A DNA stretch of 36,183 nucleotides, from IMG/VR virus record IMGVR_UViG_2737471857_000022, one strand, 5' to 3'. Positions 18,601 to 25,501 of the stretch are shown piece by piece. The DNA comes from a virus (lineage: Duplodnaviria; Heunggongvirae; Uroviricota; Caudoviricetes). Position 1 is the stretch's first letter. Each line of letters begins with the position of its first letter. The notes under the pieces were generated by a model, which worked only from the letters and a program-made list of their open reading frames with translations, was not told where the DNA came from and searched no databases. The translations under genes were made by a program, and so were the position numbers.

Positions 18601-19097
18601 GTCTGCGTCGTGTTCCTAATGCATGGGGACAAGCAATTATTCGCGTTGGATCTGCGGAGGCATCGCCAGCGGCTGGTCATCCTCAAGCTGTATTCGAGTT
18701 CCATCATGATGGTACTTTTTACTGTCCTGGTAATGGTAACTTTAACGATGTTTATATTCGTTCCGATCGTCGTCTGAAAATTAATGTTGAAGATTACGAA
18801 GAAAATGCGGTGGATAAGGTAAATAAACTCAAAGTTAAAACCTACGATAAAGTTAAATCTCTTAATGACCGAGAAGTTATAGGTCATGAGATTGGTATTA
18901 TCGCACAGGATTTACAAGAGGTATTACCGGAAGCTGTTAAAACCGCAAAAATTGGTGGTTTTGATAACCCAGAAGAAATTTTAACAATTTCAAACTCCGC
19001 AGTGAACGCGCTTTTAATTAAAGCGGTCCAAGAAATGAGCGAAGAAAATAAACTTCTTCGTGAACGTCTTGCTGCAATTGAAGCTAAATTAGGGTAA
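15687..19097 (+). CDS. side (L-shaped-type) tail fibre with C-terminal intramolecular chaperone domain, T5 pb1-like (1136 aa)
   Basis: Four about 22-aa repeats (xIxxKVDxIKxxTDATIxAN) at aa 77-200. C-terminal 110 aa (YIRS/DRRLK...GIIAQDLQEVLPEAVK...NSAVNALLIKAV) resemble the S74-type chaperone of T5 pb1 and endosialidases (recalled). Confidence 0.85.
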   Translation: MQSIQFKRTNVSGKKPTPEQLQVGEVAINLKDHVIFTKDRDHEVVQISVSPETHAALESKVDANKQELDSTIAVNDRNIHAKVDEIKQTTDATIAANHAEINNKVDVIKRETDATIEANKNKAASDLAGVKAELSDTINANKNAAAVATQELDTRINKKVDDIKSRTDATIASNDKAINDKVDLIKAETDRTIAANKVYAENQLTDTYNNLTGVIAANKQEAADNVAALTRDVEAKNTAIHSKIDNNKVYTDSELARLESRIDAADGSADGKYIKKHVNTYTDGYLLSKTANYFDDPSARNLDYFGAFRMNDLAGHIALALHVPHPSGVNHARGFEFTYGSNPHATVRTYGYDELGHLAYSHRMYHEGDKPTPAEIGAYSKAEIDRLFQKTLNFGIEGGWFKLGTLTMPQQHGRTAKIRLVGGNGYNVGMNGQANIIELVIRCGNNSPKGVVFNAYYSIWYHEQHFCAIPTDGDNYDLYAYYGAHTGFVLAEYQVSSGGVSLNLLDTPEYLGGEKPVADEIFDALNISSFNNFSNRGTLNFGGNHQGQYDIEHLNEQQTNAKKMLRRFRSSAPATIWHETVDDNAYRLATGYEDTNQELLLTATTGLHIKKLTLDGGVGGNSGIDIRRGPNEASHFNFMDYRTGQDVRNGWFGFGDGQTKDFIWWNDNGQNSINLIENGELHITGGKGQKIVMNSEVALSENARLAVKGGNYGLILRNDGSGFHILTTNLKDSFGSWNNRRPFSYDFADGGLYLGGTETARCLHLGIDGSTRLEDNLFFKAGSRQSMDYMELVHWGASNTGRNNVLSLRDSKGFFAEFERLGDNTIKNSFFGKLKINRGSDAIIMNAESGDSSVYLLGTCADNNNWYIGKGGADNGLAFYSYATNAAVNITNAGDIALSPKGIEMTHVNNVRFYVHGERWTASQSGGWNDQWGLEAPIFVDHGYVSPDCYYPIIKGRSLITNQGYTTAVDFGLRRVPNAWGQAIIRVGSAEASPAAGHPQAVFEFHHDGTFYCPGNGNFNDVYIRSDRRLKINVEDYEENAVDKVNKLKVKTYDKVKSLNDREVIGHEIGIIAQDLQEVLPEAVKTAKIGGFDNPEEILTISNSAVNALLIKAVQEMSEENKLLRERLAAIEAKLG

Positions 19098-19103
19098 TTG
19101 GAA

Positions 19104-19123
19104 AGCGGGGAGAAATCTCCGCT
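19104..19123 (+). other. stem-loop after the fibre gene
   Basis: AGCGGGGA-GAAA-TCTCCGCT, one mismatch, no T tract. Confidence 0.3.
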
Positions 19124-19135
19124 AAGGATTCTTAT

Positions 19136-19432
19136 ATGGGATATTGGGTAAGTAGTGAAATTAATACTAAAATCGATGCTTTAAAATGGCATGTATTTGA
19201 TATTCCTAACGGCTATGGTACTGCTCGTGCTGGTGTCGCTGTAATGCGTCATAATGCTGGTGGTGGGTGGTCTGATGCACATATTAACGTAGATGGTTTG
19301 ACCGTTGCTCGTCGTCGTGGTGGGACCAATTGGGGATCTACTATAAATTCGTTTGTTCCTGCTGGCTGCACCGTCTCCTTTGGTTTAGGGGGTGAAGGTG
19401 GTGTTGAATATTTTAAATTCATGGAGTTTTAA
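19136..19432 (+). CDS. small fibre-module protein, paralogue A (98 aa)
   Basis: AAGGA SD; shares W..(F/Y)FDIPNG(W/Y), Gly-rich middle and TVSF...YFKF with the next two ORFs. Confidence 0.65.
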   Translation: MGYWVSSEINTKIDALKWHVFDIPNGYGTARAGVAVMRHNAGGGWSDAHINVDGLTVARRRGGTNWGSTINSFVPAGCTVSFGLGGEGGVEYFKFMEF

Positions 19433-19434
19433 TT

Positions 19435-19740
19435 ATGGCTGGATGGATAAATCAAAGAATGTCAAACGCTATTAGTATTTGGGCTAATGGTGGATATTTT
19501 GATATCCCCAACGGCTGGGTTACTGATTCATGCGGAATTGTTTTTGCTCATATGGAAGCCATTAACGGTGCTGGTGATCTTGATTCTGAATTGGCTGTAA
19601 ATGGATTGATTGAATCAGGTCATCATGCTGGTGATGCTGGGAGTTGGGGCGCTAGTTCTTTAGTTGGCGCTGGTGCTACCGTTAGCTTTACATTGGGTAA
19701 AGGTAGTTTGCATTATTTTAAATTCAGGAGAATGCACTAA
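19435..19740 (+). CDS. small fibre-module protein, paralogue B (101 aa)
   Basis: Start 2 nt after the stop of A; same motif set. Confidence 0.65.
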   Translation: MAGWINQRMSNAISIWANGGYFDIPNGWVTDSCGIVFAHMEAINGAGDLDSELAVNGLIESGHHAGDAGSWGASSLVGAGATVSFTLGKGSLHYFKFRRMH

Positions 19741-20042
19741 TGGCATTTTGGGTAGATGGCGCTTTGGGGAATAGGGCGGGTAAAGCAAATCAAGGATGGT
19801 TTGATATTCCTAACGGTTGGACAGCCGACGCTTTCGGGACTATTTCATTCTGTGCTCATTCTTCCGGTGGTGGCGGTGGTGACTCTGAATTGCTTATTCA
19901 TGGTTTGTGTGTTTCTGGAAGCCATAAGGGTCATGATTGGGGACAGATTCATTCTTGTATTGCACCGCAAGGGGCGGTAATTACCGTTAGCACAAATAGG
20001 GGGATCGCTCATCTTCGTTATAGACGTTTGAGCAACCGCTAA
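19740..20042 (+). CDS. small fibre-module protein, paralogue C (100 aa)
   Basis: TAATG stop/start overlap with B; same motif set, more diverged C-terminus. Confidence 0.6.
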   Translation: MAFWVDGALGNRAGKANQGWFDIPNGWTADAFGTISFCAHSSGGGGGDSELLIHGLCVSGSHKGHDWGQIHSCIAPQGAVITVSTNRGIAHLRYRRLSNR

Positions 20043-20096
20043 ATAAATAGAATTACGGGTATGTGCCCTATTGTTTAAAATAGAAGGAAAAGAATA

Positions 20097-20567
20097 ATGA
20101 CTACTAAATTTGATATTTTTTCTGGTGGCCTCGTTGGTCTGTTTCTGCATGAAGAAGTAACTAACACCGATCTTGACAGTGAAAGCTATCTGGAAATTCC
20201 AGAATGTGCGGCTTTCCCGGAAACTGGTGTAGAACGTTCTACTATCGATGTTCCTAACTTCGGTGGTCCGTATAACCGTAAGCTGGTTGGTCGTATGTCT
20301 GTACCGGATATCGAACTTTCGATCAACTACATGCCGGGTAACGAAGTACACGAAAAACTGATTAAAGCAACCGAAGACGGTAAGCGCGTACAGCTTAAAA
20401 TTGCTTACTACATCGACGCTACGAAAAAATCTGGTGTGCACATCGCTTATAACGGCTTCCTGTCTAAAACTACCATGACGGGCGGTGAAGATGCTGTAGT
20501 AGGTCGTTCTTTCACCTTTGTAGTAGATGGTGCTCCGGTTAAACAAGCTGTTTTCCAGAAAGTCTAA
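20097..20567 (+). CDS. major tail tube protein, lambda gpV N-domain-like (156 aa)
   Basis: ELSINYMPGNEVHEKLIKATEDG resembles gpV [23 protein letters not shown] (recalled). Sits directly ahead of the chaperone pair and tape measure; strong terminator downstream. Confidence 0.7.
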   Translation: MTTKFDIFSGGLVGLFLHEEVTNTDLDSESYLEIPECAAFPETGVERSTIDVPNFGGPYNRKLVGRMSVPDIELSINYMPGNEVHEKLIKATEDGKRVQLKIAYYIDATKKSGVHIAYNGFLSKTTMTGGEDAVVGRSFTFVVDGAPVKQAVFQKV

Positions 20568-20575
20568 TATTCTCT

Positions 20576-20603
20576 AGCCATCCTTCGGGGTGGCTTTTTT
20601 GTT
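20576..20603 (+). terminator. rho-independent terminator (AGCCATCC-TTCG-GGGTGGCT plus TTTTTTG)
   Basis: 8-bp stem, UUCG loop, T6. Confidence 0.75.
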
Positions 20604-20649
20604 TCCAATTCTAAATAAACATATCTAATTAACTTAAGAGGAAACAATA

Positions 20650-20958
20650 ATGAATATTAATGAAATGTTAGCCGCACTCTCTCCGAAACGCGAATCTCTG
20701 ACCATCGGTGGATTTACTTTCTATGCTCGCCCTATGTCAGTAAAAGAATTTAATGAACATGTTTTCAATACCGATAAAGAAGACCGTGATGAACGTTCTA
20801 TTCTTCGTTGTATTGAAGATGAAGACGGTAAACCAGTATTTGAATCTATTGAACAAGTTAAGGCACTGTATACTAACGTCCGCAGTGAATTAATCGGTTT
20901 AGTTGCTCAAGCGTCATTGATGCAAGATCCGGCGGTAATTGAAAACGAGGTAAAGTAA
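20650..20958 (+). CDS. tail assembly chaperone, gpG position (102 aa)
   Basis: AGAGGA SD; acidic small protein directly ahead of the tape measure. Confidence 0.55.
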   Translation: MNINEMLAALSPKRESLTIGGFTFYARPMSVKEFNEHVFNTDKEDRDERSILRCIEDEDGKPVFESIEQVKALYTNVRSELIGLVAQASLMQDPAVIENEVK

Positions 20959-20987
20959 ACCCGCTTCTGAATTTCTATTTCCGGCAA

Positions 20988-21329
20988 ATGATGAGATCGG
21001 GGCTTAGTAAAGATGAAATGGATAATATGCCAATCACTCTGTTTTGGAAATTATACATTTTCGACACCTACTTAGAACCACAAAGCCCCGCGTTTCATGA
21101 TATGCAGAATGCGATGTTGCAATATTCCATGTATATGACTTCGCAAGGAATGACACGCGAAACTGCACGCAAACTCAAGCCTAGCCAATTCCAATTAATT
21201 AGAGAAGAAAAACTCTTTAAAACTAAAGAAGAACTGGAAGAAATTTCACGCAAGAAAGAAGAAGAACGTAAAGCGGCAATGCTGAACATGTTTGATCCAT
21301 CTTTGCTTGAGAAACTCAGAAGCGGTTAA
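20988..21329 (+). CDS. tail assembly chaperone, gpT position (113 aa); may be made as a G-T fusion by -1 frameshift
   Basis: The frame of this ORF is open back to 20943 and overlaps the last 5 codons of the G-position ORF in the -1 frame. Confidence 0.5.
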   Translation: MMRSGLSKDEMDNMPITLFWKLYIFDTYLEPQSPAFHDMQNAMLQYSMYMTSQGMTRETARKLKPSQFQLIREEKLFKTKEELEEISRKKEEERKAAMLNMFDPSLLEKLRSG

Positions 21330-21340
21330 AGGGGTAATTT

Positions 21341-23770
21341 ATGACAAGACATATAGTAACAATAGAAGGGGATAATAAAGGTCTAAGGAGAAGTACCAAT
21401 GAAGCCGCCGACCTTCTCGATAGTTTGTCTGAAAAGGCAAGTAATATTGATTTTGGTGGTGGCTTATCTGGTCTGACTGGATCTCTTCGTGGGATCGCTG
21501 GCTCTGCTGGTTTGGCTGCTGGTGGTATCGGCTTAGTTGCGACCGCAGTGGTTGCAGCCGCTAAAGCTGGCGCGGAATACGTTAAACAATATTCAGAAGT
21601 ATCTAAGGCGACCGGACTCTCGATTGAATCCCTTCAAAGACTGGAAAAGGAATTTTCTGGTACTGGCCTAACAGTTGAAAAATTTGGCGATATCAACAAA
21701 GACACCTTAGATAAAATGGGTGATGCGTGGGCTAATGGTGGTGGTATTGCTGATGACTTAGAATCGGTTGGTCTTAAGTTAGAAAACTATGCTCACTTCA
21801 TGACAGATCCGCAAGGTGGTATGAAAGCGGCGATCCAAGTGTTCTATGACATGAAGAAAGCCGGAAAATCAATGGCTGAAATCAAGTTCATGATGGAATC
21901 TTTAGCCAGTGATTCAAGCCATATGACCAGCCAGCTTGAGAAATATAATAGTGCTCAAGAGGCGATGATCGCTATTCAGAATCAATCTGTTAACGTCACC
22001 GAAGAAAACGCTAAAAAATATGATAAATTTTCTCAAAATATCAATAAGCTGGAAAATAACCTGAAAGGTGTCGGCATGACCATTACTGGTCCTTTGGTTG
22101 ATAGCTTAAACTGGCTATTTGACTGGTTTAATATTGATTGGGAAAAGAGTTCTCTATTCAGGGCATTAGATCGACTGAATAAAGAAGGCAAGACCGCAAC
22201 TGGCGGTATTCTTAACGCCAACCATAAAGACGCTCAAAAAATTATTGACAAGTACAATAAAGAAAAGCGTTGGAATAATCTGGCAGATTGGGAAAAGGCC
22301 GCGATACGTGGTGCTGGTGTCGACCCTCGTACTGCTGGCTTTGATGTTGAAGGATTTAAGAAACGTTTTGGTGATTCTTATAAGAAAAATGGCTCTCTGA
22401 TTGTTGTCGATAACGGGGAACATCTAACTCGCAAGGCAGATCCTAACCGTGATTTGACTATACCAAATAAACCAGTAAGACCAGAATCATTGGGTAAGTC
22501 TGGCAATGAGAAGAAAGCCGAAGAAGAAGCACGCAAGAAAGCGGAAGAGGCAGCTAAAAAGGCTAAGGAAGCCGCAGAAAAAGCACAGAAAGAACGTGAG
22601 GATGCAATCAAGCGTCTGAATGCACTTGATGTTAAATTGCAAGGGCAGGTCGCCGCGTCTATTGCTTCTCAGAACAAGCAGTTAGAAGCCAGCTTGAAAG
22701 ATTTGGACACTGCTTTAGATCTGGGCTTAATCTCTCAGCAAGACGCAGCCGCGAAACGCCAATCCTTAATCGATCAGAATACTGAAAACGTATACAAAAT
22801 GGTTTTAGGTGCTGATCCGGTTGATGCTTTGAATGCCTTAACACAATTGCAACAAATAAGGGACAACGAGCTAGAAAGCCATAAACGGTTACTTGATGGT
22901 AAAGCTATCTCCTACGAAGAATATATGCGTCGTGTGAACGATACCGAGCAAAACTATTCTCAGATTGAAAATTCTTTACAGGGAATGGATGGTTATAAAA
23001 CCAATCAATTAACTAGTGGTTATGATTATCAAGACTCAAATAATCCGTTTGCTAAATTTAATGCAATCGATAAAGAGAAATCGGAAGCGGAACAAGATCA
23101 TAAGACCGATAAACTCAAGATTGATGGGATCACCGATCCGGCTAAACGGATGGAAGCATTAGAAAAACTCAATGAAAACCATCAAAAACGAATGGCTGCA
23201 ATTGAGAAGAAATATGCTGATGCTCGTCAGTCAATAGCTGATGATATGTATGGCGGTTTTGCTGCTGCAATGACTCTCTTCGGGCAGGAAAACACTAAAG
23301 CAATGCAGATGGCTTTCACTGCTCATAAAGCATTCTCCATTGGACAAGCGACGGTGAACATGTGGACGGCTGCTACCGATGCATGGAACGATCCAACCAA
23401 CGTAACCACAGGTCAAAAAATCGCTGCTGCTGCATTGGCTGTTTCTCAGAACATGGGGAGCATCGCAAACATCAAGTCTACTAACGTTAGCGGTATGGCT
23501 CATGATGGTATTGATAACATCCCTCGTGAGGGTACATGGCTGCTTGATAAGGGTGAACGAGTAGTTGATCAGCGTACTAACGGTGATTTGAAAGACTTCT
23601 TATCTGCTCAAAAATCAGGCGGTGGTAACTCTCAGCCGATTGAAGTTAACGCACCTTTGAACATTAACGGCAACGTTAATAGCTCAGACAAGATGGTCAT
23701 GGATGCTATCAAACGTCATGCTAAGTTAGTTGCTCAGGCGGTAGAAGACGCACAGCGCCGTAAGATGTAA
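21341..23770 (+). CDS. tail tape measure protein (809 aa)
   Basis: Gly/Ala-rich hydrophobic segment near the N-terminus, long coiled-coil Lys/Glu-rich regions, position after G/T; TAAAGGGGTAAT SD. Confidence 0.85.
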   Translation: MTRHIVTIEGDNKGLRRSTNEAADLLDSLSEKASNIDFGGGLSGLTGSLRGIAGSAGLAAGGIGLVATAVVAAAKAGAEYVKQYSEVSKATGLSIESLQRLEKEFSGTGLTVEKFGDINKDTLDKMGDAWANGGGIADDLESVGLKLENYAHFMTDPQGGMKAAIQVFYDMKKAGKSMAEIKFMMESLASDSSHMTSQLEKYNSAQEAMIAIQNQSVNVTEENAKKYDKFSQNINKLENNLKGVGMTITGPLVDSLNWLFDWFNIDWEKSSLFRALDRLNKEGKTATGGILNANHKDAQKIIDKYNKEKRWNNLADWEKAAIRGAGVDPRTAGFDVEGFKKRFGDSYKKNGSLIVVDNGEHLTRKADPNRDLTIPNKPVRPESLGKSGNEKKAEEEARKKAEEAAKKAKEAAEKAQKEREDAIKRLNALDVKLQGQVAASIASQNKQLEASLKDLDTALDLGLISQQDAAAKRQSLIDQNTENVYKMVLGADPVDALNALTQLQQIRDNELESHKRLLDGKAISYEEYMRRVNDTEQNYSQIENSLQGMDGYKTNQLTSGYDYQDSNNPFAKFNAIDKEKSEAEQDHKTDKLKIDGITDPAKRMEALEKLNENHQKRMAAIEKKYADARQSIADDMYGGFAAAMTLFGQENTKAMQMAFTAHKAFSIGQATVNMWTAATDAWNDPTNVTTGQKIAAAALAVSQNMGSIANIKSTNVSGMAHDGIDNIPREGTWLLDKGERVVDQRTNGDLKDFLSAQKSGGGNSQPIEVNAPLNINGNVNSSDKMVMDAIKRHAKLVAQAVEDAQRRKM

Positions 23771-23821
23771 TTAAAAGCCCTCATAGTGATAAATAATCAT
23801 AAAACTATGGGGGCTTTTTCT

Positions 23822-24382
23822 ATGTTCAAATCCAAAAATATTAAAATCACAGATTTTACTCTTAAATCAAAACAACCTTTCTTCAAGGCGCAATCTATTT
23901 CTGGTAAGTTCCAGCGTCGCTTTACTGGTATTCATTTTTATGAAGCAGAATTTACAGCTAATTTCATGGCTCAGGATATTAACGAAGTAAAAGAATTTGT
24001 AGCACGTCACCTTTTTGGTCGTCCTTTTAGTGTGCCACTGTCTTACTTTTCAAAATATACAGGTGATGTACGCCAGATGGTTACGGCTGCTGCTGGTACT
24101 GCTCGCGGTGGGCGTAAGGTGAGAATCTCCAACTTCACCGGAACACTGAAAGCGGGAACTATCATCCAGTTTGAGAACCACAAGAAAATCTACACGATCA
24201 CCGAAGATGTGAAATCAGGTGGTGAAATGAAACTCTTCCCTAACTTGCGTCAGAACGTCCTAGCGGGTGAGGTGATCAAGTATCAGAACGTAGAAGGTGA
24301 ATTTGTTCTCAAAACTGAAAATATCGATTGGAAGATCGCTCAGATTGGCAAGATGAAATTCGAATTAGTGGAGAATGTATAA
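23822..24382 (+). CDS. minor tail / distal tail protein (gpM or Dit position, about 186 aa from ATG 23822)
   Basis: First gene after the tape measure; GGGGG SD 8 nt upstream of 23822; the ORF is open from 23786. Confidence 0.5.
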   Translation: MFKSKNIKITDFTLKSKQPFFKAQSISGKFQRRFTGIHFYEAEFTANFMAQDINEVKEFVARHLFGRPFSVPLSYFSKYTGDVRQMVTAAAGTARGGRKVRISNFTGTLKAGTIIQFENHKKIYTITEDVKSGGEMKLFPNLRQNVLAGEVIKYQNVEGEFVLKTENIDWKIAQIGKMKFELVENV

Positions 24383-25035
24383 TGGCAACTATTCAAGAAT
24401 CATTCAGCAAACTATGCACTAATCTGGACTTCATCGAGGTCTACAACGACCAGACAGGTCAGAACGTGTCTAGATTGACGCTACCGCAGCTTTTCTCCAC
24501 TGGATCGATGTTTCACATTATCGAAGTGATAACAGCGTCAGGGGACGTTCTACGGCTTACAGATGGGTATTTCGATTTGGACTATAACGGATTTACGTAT
24601 CTCGCAACGGGTGATTTTCTTCAAATCTCATCGAATACCGAAGAGAAGGAGATCAACAACAACGGGATCAACGTAACTGTTTCTAACGTTCGCGAAGAAT
24701 ACATTACCCTGATTCGAAACAAGCAATTCGATAAATCAGATGTGAAAATCGAAATGGTGTTCCTGAACCCTAACACGGGCAAGGTTGAAACCACTTACCC
24801 TGTTTTCCGTGGGGTAGTCGATTCCATCGGGATTAACATCGAACATGAATATGATGAGTGTAAAAACGAATCAGAATTTCAGCTTAATAGTATCTGGGAA
24901 GTTCTAGATAAAAACGCTCGTAGTCATGCCTCCGATGGTATCCACCGTTCCTATGTTGGAAACGAGAACGATCTATTCTTCTCTCGTGCCGGGAAGTGGA
25001 ATAGCGAAAGCCGCTGGCATTCATCGAAGAAATAA
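24382..25035 (+). CDS. minor tail protein, lambda gpL position (about 217 aa)
   Basis: TAATG overlap with the previous gene; size similar to gpL (232 aa). Confidence 0.5.
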   Translation: MATIQESFSKLCTNLDFIEVYNDQTGQNVSRLTLPQLFSTGSMFHIIEVITASGDVLRLTDGYFDLDYNGFTYLATGDFLQISSNTEEKEINNNGINVTVSNVREEYITLIRNKQFDKSDVKIEMVFLNPNTGKVETTYPVFRGVVDSIGINIEHEYDECKNESEFQLNSIWEVLDKNARSHASDGIHRSYVGNENDLFFSRAGKWNSESRWHSSKK

Positions 25036-25081
25036 TCCCTTCTCCCTAAGCCTAGTAAATAACTGCATGGAGGTATTCAAC

Positions 25082-25501
25082 ATGCTAAAAACTAGGCTTA
25101 TCACCGATTATATCAATTCTTTAATAGGTCAGGAGTTCGTTCAAGGCGAGAATGATTGCAATCTCATTGCATGTAAGATCATCGATATTCTCGCTGGTAC
25201 TGACCTATATAATTCTCTTTATAAAAAATATTCAACTAAAGAAGAAGGCTTGAAAATCTGCAAAGAATTAAGCGGGTATTCAAATATCCTTCAACCAATT
25301 AAGAAACATTTCAAATTAGTCACTGATGATTTACAGGACGGCGACTTACTGGTCACAGCCCACAAATTAGGAAACCGCAAATATTATTCCGTAGTTCCTC
25401 ATTATTCCGGTTATGGCCTCGTTGAAGAAGATGGTATCTGGATGACCATTCCTGTTTCAGACATTGACTATGAACAAGTTTATAGATTCGGGGGTGAATA
25501 A
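25082..25501 (+). CDS. tail tip assembly protein, gpK position, NlpC/P60-like (about 139 aa)
   Basis: GGAGG SD; ENDCNLIACK with downstream His is compatible with a Cys-His NlpC/P60-type site; stop overlaps the J start. Confidence 0.45.
   Translation: MLKTRLITDYINSLIGQEFVQGENDCNLIACKIIDILAGTDLYNSLYKKYSTKEEGLKICKELSGYSNILQPIKKHFKLVTDDLQDGDLLVTAHKLGNRKYYSVVPHYSGYGLVEEDGIWMTIPVSDIDYEQVYRFGGE

Noticed and set aside
19845-20546. 233-aa minus-strand ORF spanning paralogue C and the tube protein gene
   Set aside because: Antisense to two well-supported + strand genes and crosses an intergenic region with a + strand RBS.
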